DNA of 64,000 bases from Azolla caroliniana (GCA_043228905.1 JBHGNT010000073.1:1-64000), one strand, 5' to 3'; positions 25,988 to 40,123 are shown, numbered from the stretch's first letter. The notes: generated by a model from the sequence alone, not told the origin. Numbers and translations: made by a program.

Positions 25988-27001
25988 ATGCTTAAGGACG
26001 AAACATTGACCTCTACCCAGGCAATTCAATGGAAATGTGTTGAATTCAGGACGGAAAGTAAGCGTCTTCATCACGGCCGATTCGTCGTTTCCCCCTTTGA
26101 AAAGGGTCAAGCAAGTACTGTGGGAATTGCCATGCGTAGAGCCCCGCCAGAAGAAGTTGGAGGAGCAGGTACAACAAGTGCAAAATCTGAGGGAGTTGCT
26201 CACGAGTATTCCACAATGACGGGTATTTAAGAGACAATACATGATGTTTTAGTCAATCTGAAAGGAACTACGCTTAGAAATGAATCCAATGAAGCGCAAA
26301 AAGCTTTTTTGTCTGTAACTGGTCCCAAGAAAGTAACCGCTGGTGACATTTTGCTACCGCCTTCCGTCAAGATTATTGATGATTCACAATACATAGTTAC
26401 TATCGTCCAACCAATATCTCTAAACATTGAATCGAAGATCGAGAATGTTTGTGGATATCGTACAGAAGATTTTAAAGGATACCAAGAAGGAGAATTCCCT
26501 GTTGGTGCTATACCTATGCCTGTCCGAAACGTAAATTATAGTGTCCATCCGTTTGAGAATGGTGTGGAAATGCGAGAGATCTCATTCATGGAAATATGGA
26601 CTAATGGTAGTCCGACCCCCGAAGAAGCTCTATGTAAGGCATCTAAAAAACTAATCTATTTATTAAAAAATTTTTTGCACGTGAGAGATTCTAATATCGC
26701 CCACCTCGGTAATATTCAGAATTCTTCGGACTTAGCCAAATCATCTTTACAACTGGATAGTGTGGGAAAATCGAGAGAAGTTCTTACAAATACATTCATT
26801 GATCAACTGGAATCACCTGCTAGGGCTTTTAATTGTCTTAAACGGGCTGAGATACATACAATAAATGATTTACTTAACTATAGTCGGGATGATTTGCTTA
26901 AACTAAAGAGTTTTGGAAAAAAATCCGTAGATCAGGTTTCAAAAGCTTCGTGGGAACGTTTCGCCGCAGAATTACCCAGTAGCAAGGTGCGCGTGGATTA
27001 G
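25988..27001 (+). CDS. rpoA: PEP RNA polymerase alpha subunit
   Basis: Two ORF-track pieces joined across TAA at 26228-26230; HEYST, PVRNVNYSVH, IDQLE.P.RAFNCLKRA. Confidence 0.95.
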
Positions 27002-27268
27002 GAATAAAAGGTCTTTTCTCAGAATCGTACTCCTTGTGTTGTGGTGTTGTGGGCCAGCCCATCGCTTGCCCGCTGTGGCTCTTTATCAATAATGAAAGCG
27101 GCTAAGTAATGAATTTTTTTTTGCATAGACAGACAAGAAGGGGATGCGGAAAAAAGCGGTTATACGGCTTTGGTCGTCGTATACGTATAATTAGTTGTCA
27201 AATAAGAAATAGAATAAATAATAGAACCATTTCGAAATTTTAGTAGTTGCTTATAAAAAAACAACAAG

Positions 27269-27306
27269 TCTAGGGAGATGTTGTGGTGTAACAATCACTC
27301 CCTAGA
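27269..27306. terminator. Stem-loop between convergent rpoA and petD
   Basis: TCTAGGGAG-ATGTTGTGGTGTAACAATCA-CTCCCTAGA. Confidence 0.65.
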
Positions 27307-27340
27307 TTTTCTGTGTGCATGTCAATGAACTAGTAGGGTT

Positions 27341-28549
<1,209 letters not shown>

Positions 28550-28742
28550 AATCCAAATTTTTTCCTTCAACGCTTCAATCTGTTTATCCCTATAGTCTAA
28601 TACAGGAATCAAATCCGATAGATAACTCTTCATCTATTTCAGTGATAAGCACCAGCGGCAATGGAATAGCAACCTTGTAAAGAATTATAAATTAAGGTCC
28701 TTCTTTGATGACTCAGGAATCAATAGAATTTTTCTGTAAGTG

Positions 28743-30248
28743 CTAAAGAGGACCCGAAATGCCTTGTTTACGGATCATCAGGAAATGCGTTAGCATAGAA
28801 ACGGCAGTAAGTAGCGGCAATACGAAGGTATGCAAACTATAAAAACGAGTCAGTGTGGATTGACCTACACTTACACTTCCTCGCGACAACTCTACCGATG
28901 AAGATCCTATTAGAGGAATAGCTTCGGGTACACCAGTTACTATCTTAACTGCCCAATAACCAATCTGATCCCAGGGTGAAGAATACCCAGTCACACCAAA
29001 AGATACAGTTAGTACAGCCAGAATTACACCAGTAACCCAAGTCAATTCACGGGGTTTTTTGAATCCTCCTGTAAGATATACACGAGATACATGCGGAATC
29101 ATCATTGGAACCATCATACTCGCTGACCATCGATGGACAGATCGAATCAGCCATCCAAAATTGACTTCAGTCATTATATATTCAACCGAAGAAAAAGCTT
29201 CTGTAACGGTCGGGCGATAATAAGAAGTCGTGGCAAAACCGGTGGCTACCTGGACTGAAAAGCGAGTCAACGTAATTCCCCCCAAACAATAGAATATGTT
29301 CACGTGAGGAGGAACATATTTACTAGTAATATCATCAGCAATTGCCTGAATTTCAAGGCGCTCTTCAAACCAATCGTATACCTTATCGAGGTGGGTAAGC
29401 TTTTTTTTTTCAACTCCCCCTCTGTAAACCGTACGTGAGGTTTTGCTCTCACACAGCTTAAACAAAGATATTTGAGTAATCGTCCATTCTTTTAATTAAA
29501 TAGTCACTTGATATGAAGATAGAATGAGAAAAGGTCTTCATCTTTTTTTTTTCATTAAATGCTTTTAAGATAGAAGAAACGGAGACGTGATCATTGCATC
29601 GTAAACCTCAAAAATATGTTTTGCCTCAATCCCGCGTTAGCTTTTATTTTTCATTCAGGCAAGGAATGATTATGACTAGCATCTCGGGAAAACTCTTTAT
29701 CTTATCGCTGGATCTATACTTAATTAATAAGGAGAAATCAATGGATATATATATCTATTTTTTTTTTTCTCGTTCCAATCTGATTGTCCGAGCATCTACG
29801 AACCTTGGATCTCTACTATACTCCGGTAAATCCTTCTTTTCAAAGGTGAGAAAACCTGATGGGCAAGAATTCTCCGACCACGGCATAAATTTGTGAAACA
29901 ATAGACAAATTGCGTGATTATGATCGTTTTACCCCACTACCGTATATTTTCGATTGAAAGATAGTTCACTTCTTCGCAATTCGTTGATCGAGCGTCGATG
30001 TTACGTACCTGGCATCGATTTACTTTTTTGTTACGAAGTTTAAAGGTAGATTGGTACGGATTAATCGTAGTTCGAACCCTACCAAGCAATATCTAGTTTC
30101 TTGCGCTCTGGGTGCTAATAATCAAACTGCTACCCAGCAAGACAACTACTATTTTGTTGAAGAAAAAAAAGTAGTTATCTTTTTATTTCTTCAACAAAAG
30201 AATATCTATTCATTGAACCAGACTGGTTGCTGCGAGTCACACACCCAT
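28743..30248 (-). CDS. petB: Cytochrome b6 (exons 30248-30243, 29384-28743; group II intron)
   Basis: ATGGGT|GTGTG; [18 protein letters not shown]...[10 protein letters not shown]; many Ser/Pro/Thr at normally Leu/Phe/Met sites. Confidence 0.97.
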
Positions 30249-30373
30249 ATCAAAATCTTTCAGGGGATTATTCGCACAATTTAACTACCTTTCTGACTCC
30301 TCTGAAGTCTTCATCCGGGAACCCCCGGCTATTGCGGCGGTGGGTTCCAATGCACTAACCCACCCTCTCTCTC

Positions 30374-30598
30374 CTACCAACTTATCGGAATACCATCCAA
30401 AAGAACAGATGAGTTGTAAATTTCCAAAATGATAACTAAGAATACAGCAAATAAGGCCATGAAGAATCCCATTAGAGGGGTAGTTCCCCAACCAGGGGCC
30501 ACTTTACCATATTCTGAGTTAAGTGGCTTCAAAATTATTCCTAAGAGACTAACCCGGGGTTTACCCTTGGGAGTATCATCAACAAAATTGGTAGCCAT
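30374..30598 (-). CDS. psbH: Photosystem II PsbH
   Basis: [22 protein letters not shown]. Confidence 0.97.
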   Translation of the reverse strand: MATNFVDDTPKGKPRVSLLGIILKPLNSEYGKVAPGWGTTPLMGFFMALFAVFLVIILEIYNSSVLLDGIPISW

Positions 30599-30682
30599 AG
30601 AGCTTATTCAATCGATTGAAATTTACTGACTTTGTATACTATTATATCTCATGGGAATTAATATTTCTTAGGTTATACAGCA

Positions 30683-30814
30683 ACGGAAACTGCAACTTCG
30701 GTCGCTATCTTTACATCTTGTTCACTCGTCAGCTTCACCGGTCACGCTTTGTATACTGCCTTCGGTCAACCCTCCGAAGAGCTCAGAGACCCCTTTGAGG
30801 AACATGAAGATTAG
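30683..30814 (+). CDS. psbN: PsbN (Pbf1)
   Basis: ACG start; ETATSVAIF...[20 protein letters not shown]. Confidence 0.95.
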   Translation, partial: TETATSVAIFTSCSLVSFTGHALYTAFGQPSEELRDPFEEHED

Positions 30815-30823
30815 TTAGACTGA

Positions 30824-30859
30824 GAGACCTTCCCGGAAAAAACAACCGAGGAAGGTCTC
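30824..30859. terminator. Stem-loop between convergent psbN and psbT
   Basis: GAGACCTTCCCGG-AAAAAACAA-CCGAGGAAGGTCTC. Confidence 0.7.
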
Positions 30860-30951
30860 CAACTAGCCCTACTCCTTCCATGAGTCCGCCGATGCCAGTA
30901 ACGAAGACAAGTACTTCTTATGTTGGTTTTTGAGTATCTAAGAATAGAATG

Positions 30952-31056
30952 TCACTTTTCCTTGGTGGGCAGCTTGGGTGGTTCCCGAAAAAAAATGGAG
31001 AAAAAAATTATACCCAGAGTGGCTACCAGTAGAAATGTATAAACCAGTGCTTCCAT
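30952..31056 (-). CDS. psbT: Photosystem II PsbT
   Basis: [34 protein letters not shown]. Confidence 0.96.
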   Translation of the reverse strand: MEALVYTFLLVATLGIIFFSIFFREPPKLPTKEK

Positions 31057-31226
31057 GGATTCGACCGACCGTAAAGTAGTTTTTTGAAGATATCTTTCAT
31101 ACTTATTTTGAGATAAATTATCTATCTACTTAATCCTTTCTCTATCTTATTAGTAATATCACCTTGCAAGAAAAAGAACTCCCTTGAAAAATCCTACCGG
31201 ACCCGATTTTTCAAAGAATTTTCCAC

Positions 31227-32753
31227 TCAAACAGCTTGTCTCTTGGTACTTGGATCCCCCAACTTCTGGAATGCTCCAAATTCGACCTGAGCGTCTAGGT
31301 CGGGATCAATACCAGCAAAAACGTCTCTGAAGAGGGTTCTTGCACCATGCCAGATATGACCAAAGAAAAAGAGTAGAGCAAATGTGGCGTGACCGAAAGT
31401 AAACCACCCCCTAGGACTACTTCTAAAAACACCATCTGATTTCAGAGTAGCGCGATCAAATTCAAAAATTTCACCCAATTGGGCGCGTCTTGCGTATTTC
31501 TTTACCGTAGCGGGATCGCTAAAGCTAGCGCCATCTAGTTCACCGCCGTTAAATTCTACAGTTACGCCTACTTGCTCAACACTATATTTAGATTCCGCTC
31601 GTCTGAATGGCACGTCGGCTCTTACGATGCCTTCGCCATCTACCAAGACTACTGGAAATGTTTCGAAGAAGGTGGGCATCCGGCGTACGAACAACTCACG
31701 ACCCCCCTTATCTTTGAAGATAGCGTGGCCTAACCAACCTACAGCTATACCATCGCCGTTGTCCATTGCACCTGCTCTGAATAATCCACCTTTAGCCGGA
31801 TTGTTACCAATGTAATCGTAAAAGGCTAATTTTTCTGGAATCTTAGACCAAGCTTCGGATAGACTCAGATTTTCAGTCTTGCTAGAGCGGATTCGTCGAT
31901 CTATTTCTTGTTGAAAATATCCCTGATCCCATTGGTAACGCGTAGGGCCAAACAACTCGATTGGAGTGGCGGCAGAACCGTACCACATGGTTCCAGAAAC
32001 TACGAAGGCGGCGAAAAAGACTGCAGCGATACTGCTAGATAATACGGTTTCGACATTTCCCATACGAAGAGCTTTATACAATCGTTGTGGGGGACGAACA
32101 CTAAGGTGAAATAGACCGGCTAATATACCTAGGACTCCCGCAGCTATGTGGTGCGAAGCTATTCCTCCCGGAACGAATGGGTCAAAACCTTCAGCTCCCC
32201 AAGCCGGATCTACGGGTTCCACCTTTCCTGTTAATCCATAGGGATCCGATACCCAAATACCGGGACCAAATAAACCGGTTACGTGGAATGCTCCAAAAGC
32301 AAAACAAAGTACTCCTGAAAGGAATAGGTGAATCCCAAATATTTTAGGTAAATCCAAGGATGGTTTTCCTGTGCGATCATCGCGAAACAGATCCAAATCC
32401 CAGTAGACCCAGTGCCAGATAGCAGCTAAAAACAGTAAACCGGATAATACGATGTGGGCCGCGGCTACGCCTTCGTAGCTCCAGATACCTGCATCACTTA
32501 CAGTATCTCCGGTAATGCTCCAACCTCCCCACGATTTTGTTATTCCAATACGAGTCATGAACGGAATAACAAACATACCCTGCCTCCACATAGGATCAAG
32601 AACAGGGTCGGATGGATCGAAAACTGCTAATTCGTAAAGAGCCATTGAACCCGCCCAGCCAGAAACCAAAGCAGTATGCATCAGATGTACGGAAATCAGA
32701 CGACCAGGATCGTTTAGTACGACAGTATGAACGCGATACCAAGGCAAACCCGT
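31227..32753 (-). CDS. psbB: Photosystem II CP47
   Basis: ACG start at 32753, then [18 protein letters not shown]; 508 codons before the stop. Confidence 0.98.
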   Translation of the reverse strand, partial: TGLPWYRVHTVVLNDPGRLISVHLMHTALVSGWAGSMALYELAVFDPSDPVLDPMWRQGMFVIPFMTRIGITKSWGGWSITGDTVSDAGIWSYEGVAAAHIVLSGLLFLAAIWHWVYWDLDLFRDDRTGKPSLDLPKIFGIHLFLSGVLCFAFGAFHVTGLFGPGIWVSDPYGLTGKVEPVDPAWGAEGFDPFVPGGIASHHIAAGVLGILAGLFHLSVRPPQRLYKALRMGNVETVLSSSIAAVFFAAFVVSGTMWYGSAATPIELFGPTRYQWDQGYFQQEIDRRIRSSKTENLSLSEAWSKIPEKLAFYDYIGNNPAKGGLFRAGAMDNGDGIAVGWLGHAIFKDKGGRELFVRRMPTFFETFPVVLVDGEGIVRADVPFRRAESKYSVEQVGVTVEFNGGELDGASFSDPATVKKYARRAQLGEIFEFDRATLKSDGVFRSSPRGWFTFGHATFALLFFFGHIWHGARTLFRDVFAGIDPDLDAQVEFGAFQKLGDPSTKRQAV

Positions 32754-33264
32754 GAAAAACCCCTTTCTTGGATATTGGAAATAAGTAAACGCTATATGAT
32801 TTTCTCGCGGTGATGTAGGCTTGCACTACGAAGAAGCAAAAAAGCAAAATTTTTCTGAAATATCTAACTCGGTTGGTTTTTGATTAGAGTGATTTTGGTC
32901 TTAAAACAAATATCGTTCTTCGTTTGCTTGTAGACACCCGTATCCATCCCCCTCCCACCACCAACTCGATCGAACGAATTATGTTGTATTGGAGAGGCCA
33001 AAAATCTTCCTGATAGGAATGAGAAAGACATTGATATTCTAGCATCTACTTTCTTTATATAACAATGTAGAGATTGGTCCCATCCAGATATTTAAACTTT
33101 CTCATTATACAGAAAATCGATGGTTTTTCGACTTACCACAAAGCCTTAATCAAGTGTGTTATAATATGATACGAACTTTTGCCAGCTTCGGTTTCTACGT
33201 TCCCGATTCAGTAAATGGGATTGAAAATAGTAAGAGAAAAAGAAAAAGAAAATGTAATTTCTGC

Positions 33265-35174
33265 ATGCCAATTGGTGTTCCAAAAGTGCCCTTTCGTCTA
33301 CCTGGGGAGGAGGATGCTGTTTGGGTTGACGTATAGTACGACTCGTCAGGTGCGTTGAGCTGCATGGAATTACTCTCCATTACCTTTCACTCAATCGATA
33401 TGTCTCTATCTCACTTGGAGTAGACTGAATTATCACTCAGTTGTTAAACACGTGATGAATACTTTCACGAGATATTTACCAATGGAATCCATGGCTAGTT
33501 AGAATAAACAAGTTATTCAGGCTCCGGTGACTGAGTCCCAAGCTTGGTCGTAGCAGAACCTGCTACAGAATGGAAGGTAGGATGAGCAAGACTCCAGAAA
33601 AGTCTATTACTTCTGAATCCATTAGTTGTGGGAATAGGAAGAAGAGGGGAAGTAAAAAAATTCGTTCCATACGTACGAGTGACGGTCGGACCCCCCCCGA
33701 AGTAGAAAATGAACCCAAAGATTCTGGAAAGAGCTCAACCACGAACAGGAAGACACCGGTGCGAAGGAGGTTGAATGACGGGCGAGTTCATCCCTACTAC
33801 AGGCCGGTTACGAGTCAGTTCAGGATTTTTGATGGATGAGACAGACAAATCTGAACCGGAATTTAATTGAAATGGTGGGCATCTTGCATTGCACAACGAG
33901 CGTTGTAAGCAAGAAATGCTAGTTTTCCTCTTTCTGAAAAAAGGCAATAGTTTTTTTTCTTTTCTGCCTCCACCATGTACAAACTACCAGAGCCGTATGC
34001 TTCTAGCGACGCTCGTACGGTTCCAGAGGGGGGTGAGGGTGCATGACACATAAACCTATCCTGATCAACCGGCTTTATCGGGAAAGACTTCTTTTCTTGG
34101 GTCAACAGGTAGATGATGAAATTGCTAATCAACTAATCGGTATCATGATGTACCTGAATGGGGAAGACGAAGGCAAAGATATTTTTTTGTATGTGAATTC
34201 TCCCGGCGGGGCAGTCTTAGCCGGAATGTCTGTTTATGATGCTACGCAATTTGTGGTACCGGACGTGCATACCATTTGTATGGGACTAGCTGCTTCGATG
34301 GGATCTTCCATTTTGGCTGGGGGGGAAATTACCAAACGTATAGCACTACCTCACGCTTGGCGCCAATGATTTTTATCATAAAAAAAGTAAATCAAACTGT
34401 GCCTTCGCCTGGTTAGGTAACAATAGCATGGCATCCGATACTTGGTAATTCTTTTTTTCGGACATAGATTCGAAAGTGAAGTAGTAAATCGCCAAGATAG
34501 TAACAGGAATCAAAGAAACCTCTCTCTTTTTTTGATAGATTCGACGGAGATCAATATATATATATATTAGCGTCATAAACTGAATATTTTGTTGATTCTT
34601 CGTGGTTTTAGAAGATCAGACTTCTTCTTCATCAGCAGTAGAAATAAAATGATTCTATCGCCCATCGGGGATAGACATAGCAAACCTTGGGATTGCTCGA
34701 ATGAGAAGCAACGGAACCATCGTAGTATGTTTAGAAGGATGGTACATACCATATTACAGTGTTCCGGTAGGGAAATTTTTGTAATAACGCAAGAGATCTT
34801 TTTTTTTTTCTTGCATGGAGTAAGGAGACTAGCGCTTGGAAATATATCACCGCCTACCGGTTTTACCCCACCCGACGCATAGCCGTATGCATAGATAACT
34901 GCCCGTACGGCTAGTCCTGGGTTATACCCCAATCAGGGTAATGATTCACCAACCCGCTAGTTCGTATTATGACGGACAAGCAGGGGAGTGTGTTATGGAA
35001 GCAGAAGAAGTATCGAAACTCCGTGATTGTATAACCAGGGTTTATGCACAAAGAACTGGTAAACCGCTATGGATGATTTCTGAAGACATGGAAAGAGACG
35101 TTTTTCTGTCAGCGGAAGAAGCCCAGGATTATGGTATCGCGGATTTTGTCGCGTCGGATAACGCTCCGAATTGA
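33265..35174 (+). CDS. clpP: ClpP1 protease (exons 33265-33335, 34066-34357, 34935-35174; two introns)
   Basis: [14 protein letters not shown]; [13 protein letters not shown]...GLAASMGS...ALPHA; RVMIHQP. Confidence 0.96.
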
Positions 35175-35574
35175 TAATTCAGTTTTGCTTTTTTTATAAG
35201 ATCCTTTCGGCATCGATATGGATAGAAGAGGAGTCAGAGAACTCCTCCTTGTCTAACAAAAAAAAAGATTCTACACCCGAAAAAAAAAAGGAGAAAAACT
35301 TTTCTCTCTATCTGTGGTTTGCGGTTGAGCCAAAGAATAAATATAGTTGAATTGATTTCTAAATTAATTAAAATAAAAAGATCCTTCGTTGTTTCATACT
35401 CATTTATCTCAATGATCGCTCTATCCAATCCCCAGGGGCCTTGGACCGCGCCTCCCACTGTTAAGTCAGAAAACCATACCGAAACCTAAAAATCGAAGAT
35501 ATTGAGAGATTTCATTCTTGCATGCACATGGTTAAGAATATTCTAAACCAAACAGATTATCTGCTTCTTTGAAC

Positions 35575-35688
35575 GTGCCAACAAATCAGCAACTTATTAG
35601 AAAAGCTAGACAACGACTGGGCGGTGGAACAAAATCCCCAGCCCTTCGGGGATGCCCCCAACGGCGGGGAGTATGTACTAGGGTGTAT
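35575..35688 (+). CDS. rps12: 30S ribosomal protein S12 exon 1 (trans-spliced)
   Basis: GTG start; [12 protein letters not shown]...[19 protein letters not shown]|GTGTG; followed by the 5' half of the trans group II intron. Confidence 0.95.
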
Positions 35689-36643
35689 GTGTGACTCGTT
35701 CGGACTGAAAACCAAGCGTAAAGAGAAAAGTTTGGTGTTGCAGAATAATTTTTCTAATGAAGCATGGTCTACATGTATTGTCTATCCGTTTCGAATAGGA
35801 ATGGGAATTTGCGGTTGCGGTCGGTGAAACTCCGACCATCTCGATTTGGGATGGTGTCAAAACAAACATCGATGATGTTAAAAATAATCATTAAGCGATG
35901 TTAAGAGAATGGTATAAAGAATCATACCTTCATCAATATTGTTGCAGTGGCAGTAATCTCGGGTCAAGTTTTTTGCCAACTTCCAGCTCGAAACACCGTT
36001 ACTATACAAACGATTTCTTATATTATACTGCAAAGAATAGTTATTTGCCCGGACTGCTTCACTCCCGGGTGGAGCTACTCACTGAGGATCATACGACCCG
36101 CCAGCAGCAACTATGTTTCTCTCATCTCGAAGGAACTTCACGCTCCGGTGTGTAGGAAGGACCCAGCTGCCAAGAGCTCAGCCGTGGAAACAGTGGAATC
36201 CATAACGTCTCCGGTGCAGTATCTGGTCGGTGATGGCTGATGGAAACAGACATCTAATCCGGAGTCTTTGCGGGTGGGAAAGTTGGAGTAGCAAAAGCCG
36301 TTGGAAATCTTATTTTTTGCATCAGAGAAAAGAATGAATACTTTGTGGAAGGAAAAAAATTATTCTAAAAAAAAAGAAAAAGGATACTTCAATTTTGAGG
36401 TTCGATAAATATGTGTAGCGTATCACTATCGTACATAGCTTTATTGAATCTATTTAATAATATACATTGTTTTTACGATTTCACCGAATGTAGTTTAATA
36501 TAGATAATCGATCTGTCTAAATTAATTTATCTGAGAAACGTAAGGATAAATGAGGGAGGATCCTACGGGCAGGTATTGTTAAAATAAAACTAAATGGATT
36601 TTGCAAAGACTAAATTCTGATTTTTTGTGAGGCTAGGCATCTA

Positions 36644-36991
36644 ACGACCAGAGTAAAACGCGGATCCGTAGCTCGGAGGCATCGTAAGAATATTCTCGAA
36701 TTTGCTGCCGGATTCCGGGGGGCTCACTCGAGACTGTTTAGGGCGGCGAATCAACAAGAGCAAAAAGCACTGGCTTCTGCCTATGCGGATAGAAGTAATA
36801 GAAAAAGAGAAATGCGTCGTTTGTGGATTGCTCGGATCAACGCAGCAGCACGAGAGAATGGAATTACGTACGGTGGAATGATTCACAATTTGTCTGAGAA
36901 TCGAGTTTATTCGAACTGCAAAACACTCGCGCAGATAGCTACTCCAGATGCCTATTGCTTCTCTAGGATCGTACAGGCTGTAACAAAACGA
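36644..36991 (+). CDS. rpl20: 50S ribosomal protein L20
   Basis: ACG start; TRVKRGSVARR...MRRLWIARINAA. The stop is probably created from CGA at 36989-36991; the genomic frame stays open to 37093. Confidence 0.9.
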
Positions 36992-37089
36992 GGTACACTG
37001 ATTGGTTTTTATAAGCCTCTCCGGATGATTTCTCTCGGAGAGGCGAAAGATATATTGGAATGGTTCATTCCTAAGGAAAAGAAAAGGGT

Positions 37090-37317
37090 CTAGTTTTCGC
37101 TGTTCGAGAAGGGCGGTAATGCTAAAATACGAGCTCTTTTTATGGCAACCGCCACTGAACGTTGTTGTTTAGAAGTCAACCTATTCATCCGCCTGGATAG
37201 AATCTTTCCTTGTTCGCTAACAAATCGACGAAGTAAACTTGTGTTTCTGTAATCGATAGTTTCGTCGGATCGAAGTGATGGGGAGCGTCTGCGGGAAGAT
37301 CGTTTAAACCTATTCAT
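37090..37317 (-). CDS. rps18: 30S ribosomal protein S18
   Basis: [23 protein letters not shown]...AIKRARILA. Confidence 0.96.
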   Translation of the reverse strand: MNRFKRSSRRRSPSLRSDETIDYRNTSLLRRFVSEQGKILSRRMNRLTSKQQRSVAVAIKRARILALPPFSNSEN

Positions 37318-37380
37318 GATACTTCGTAATTACCAATATCTAATACTATTGACTACCTATGGATCCTTTAGATGTTTGAT

Positions 37381-37581
37381 TCACTTTTTCAACTCTTTGT
37401 GAATAGTGTGCTTACCGCAACAAAAACAAAATTTCTTCGATTCCAACCGAATAGGCGTATTCCGACGATTTTTACGCGTAGTGTACCGAGAGACACCTAC
37501 GGGATTGTAACCAGTCCTTTTCTGGACACAACTTGTACATTCCGAAGCGATAGTTACTCTTGCATCTTTACTTTTAGCCAT
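37381..37581 (-). CDS. rpl33: 50S ribosomal protein L33
   Basis: [11 protein letters not shown]...[20 protein letters not shown]...HTIHKELKK. Confidence 0.95.
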   Translation of the reverse strand: MAKSKDARVTIASECTSCVQKRTGYNPVGVSRYTTRKNRRNTPIRLESKKFCFCCGKHTIHKELKK

Positions 37582-37826
37582 AATACTGATTGGACGATAC
37601 CTTTTTTTATTCTTTTGCTTTACAAGATAGGGGGCTGGATCCAAGAAGGATTCGAATTAACCGCCTGCGCAGTCCCAACCAGCAGAATTCAAAATAACAA
37701 GAATATTTTTTCATTCAAAAGTTCAAAAGGATCGATAACCTGTGATTTCCCCTGCAAACAAAAACGAAAAGATCAATAATTTCCTCGATTCTGCTTGTTC
37801 TTGTACTTGGCGCCTAATCTAATGGG

Positions 37827-37955
37827 TCACAGGAAGGGAAAAACTAAGGCATCTGGAAAAAAACGATTTATTTCTATCGACAAACCAGCTAACAACCCAA
37901 ACCATATAGTAGCAATGACAGGGGCTGTAGAGAGATAAATCTTCACATATTGCAT
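37827..37955 (-). CDS. psaJ: Photosystem I PsaJ
   Basis: [13 protein letters not shown]...[15 protein letters not shown]. Confidence 0.95.
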   Translation of the reverse strand: MQYVKIYLSTAPVIATIWFGLLAGLSIEINRFFPDALVFPFL

Positions 37956-38237
37956 CAGAAATTCTCCTTGTTGTTCTTTTTTTATCTCCCCCTCTTCCCT
38001 CTCCTATAAATTACCAAATCCTTTGCATCCTACCAAAAAAAAAAAGAAAAGCCTCCTTATCGATCCTTTCCTCCCGAAAAGTTAGGAAATTACTTTTAGA
38101 TTCGAGGATTCGGAATCGTACAATACAACACTTAAATATTTCTTTTTACTCTGCCGGTGGCGAGTACATCTAATAATCGGTTATAATCGAATCGGATCGG
38201 CTAATTTCATATCAGTGATGCCAATCACGATGAATAT

Positions 38238-38311
38238 AGGGATGTAGCGCAGTTCGGTAGCGCGTTTGTTTTGGGTACAAGATGCCGCAGGTTCAAATCC
38301 CGTCATCCCTA
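38238..38311 (+). tRNA. trnP-UGG: tRNA-Pro(UGG)
   Basis: AGGGATGTAGCGCAG...TTTTGGGTACAA...GTTCAAATCCCGTCATCCCTA. Confidence 0.95.
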
Positions 38312-38477
38312 TTTTCTTATCAATGCGCAAATCATGGAGCTTAGGGGGTGGAATAGAAAATCCCATTCATAAGAAAAATCTATTCGTTGTTTTTCTTTGG
38401 AAGAATAAGGGGTGGGCCCTTTTGTCGTCCCGCCACCCTTACTCTCCCAAAGAAAAACTCCAGTCAGTGGTGGAGAA

Positions 38478-38551
38478 GCGCCTTTAGTTCAGTTAGGTAG
38501 AACGCGGGTCTCCAAAACCCGATGTCGTAGGTTCGAATCCTACAGGGCGTG
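38478..38551 (+). tRNA. trnW-CCA: tRNA-Trp(CCA)
   Basis: GCGCCTTTAGTTCAG...GGTCTCCAAAACC...GTTCGAATCCTACAGGGCGTG. Confidence 0.96.
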
Positions 38552-38840
38552 TTTATGATCTCTGAACTAACAGAGTGAGTCTGCTTCATATGTGTTTTAA
38601 AATGTAGAAGCAAGAAGAGACAGAAAGAAGAAAAATATCTATATATATTGCTATTGTCGCCGGACATATCTCTTTTACCGGATGAGCTTTTCTTTCGGAC
38701 TCACTACAAAATAGAATAATCGGGTGCTAGAAGGAAACAGAAATAGAAATGGGAAAAAAAAAGCATAAGATATCTATAGATATCTGTATTTCTATTTCCC
38801 ATTCATTTAATTGTCCTATCAGACCCAAAGTTGTTAATTT

Positions 38841-38957
38841 TTATCTAATATCCAACTGGTCACCACGTCTGTATTGTGAATATGCGGTTACAAATGAACC
38901 AGCTAAGGTTATTGGGATCGAACCTAGCACAATTCCGGATAATAATGCTTCAACCAT
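38841..38957 (-). CDS. petG: Cytochrome b6/f PetG
   Basis: [38 protein letters not shown]. Confidence 0.95.
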   Translation of the reverse strand: MVEALLSGIVLGSIPITLAGSFVTAYSQYRRGDQLDIR

Positions 38958-39109
38958 TTAAGTTCGTAGATATCTAATACAAATACTCACCCAGGCAGGT
39001 TCAATCTCTTCAACCAGCGAGCAATTTTTGGTGGGTACAGTGAATTGCTAAGCGCCCGTGCGTGGGCTCTCCTTTGTTCCTTCCCCCTATAGAAGACGAT
39101 ACTGCTATC

Positions 39110-39205
39110 TCACGGAATCTTAATCTTGTTCGATCCAACAAATAATGCTAAAGTTAAAGTTAGTACGGATGTCAAAAAGGCAAAATAGCTTGGTAGAGTG
39201 AGCAT
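39110..39205 (-). CDS. petL: Cytochrome b6/f PetL
   Basis: MLTLPSYFAFLTSVLTLTLALFVGSNKIKIP*, 31 aa, at the expected position. Confidence 0.9.
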   Translation of the reverse strand: MLTLPSYFAFLTSVLTLTLALFVGSNKIKIP

Positions 39206-39720
39206 GGGTTTAAATACCAAATTATCTAACAGATAATTTAGTATACAATTTTATGATATTTTTTACTAAATATTTTTGTTATTGACTAAGACTTTCTCAA
39301 TTTGACTAGAATAACACCGGAAAGTGTGCTTTTGTGTGGGAACGACTGATCCAATAGGATAACGAAGACTTTTTTTTTTAAGATCAAATTAAGTAAGAAA
39401 AAAAAAAGATTTTCTTATAGTTTTTTTTCTTATCGACTTAACTTAAAATGACGCAAAAGGAAGGATTACAGATAGTCCATAACAACTTGTTGCGTACCCA
39501 CCGGTACTTTTTAGTATGGCTTGCCGCATCGAAGGGAGGATAGCTATACTTATCCAGTATATTTACGATATACCCTTGGTATAATAGTGACAACCTTTTT
39601 GGATTGATTCCGGTTCGGTGAGGTGCGCTGGCGGATCCCTGACCCTTCAGTGTCGCTACTTCCTTACAAAAAAAAATCCTTTTAAGTTGAGTATCACGAG
39701 ATAGAAATACGGAGCTAAAC

Positions 39721-39972
39721 ACGTCTGGGAATACAGGAGAACGTCCCTTTGCCGACATCATTACTAGTACTTGATACTGGGTCATCCACAGCATCACTAT
39801 ACCCTCCCCGTTTATAGCAGGTTGGCTTTTTGTCAGTACAGGTTTAGCTTATGATGTTTTTGGAAGCCCCCGCCCTAACGAATATTTCTCTGAGAACCGA
39901 CAAGAAGTTCCTTTAATAACCGGCCGTTTCGACTCGTTGGAACAGGTTGATGCGTTTACTAAACCATTTTAG
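39721..39972 (+). CDS. psbE: Cytochrome b559 alpha
   Basis: ACG start; [15 protein letters not shown]; internal TGA at 39772-39774; [10 protein letters not shown]. Confidence 0.96.
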
Positions 39973-40101
<129 letters not shown>

Positions 40102-40123
40102 TTTTTACATGAGTTTTGAATCT

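Noticed and set aside
35689-36310. 85- and 97-aa ORFs after rps12 exon 1, considered as a possible insert
   Set aside because: The region carries conserved motifs of the 5' half of the trans-spliced rps12 intron (GCTCCGGTGT..GGACC, GTAGCAAAAGCC).
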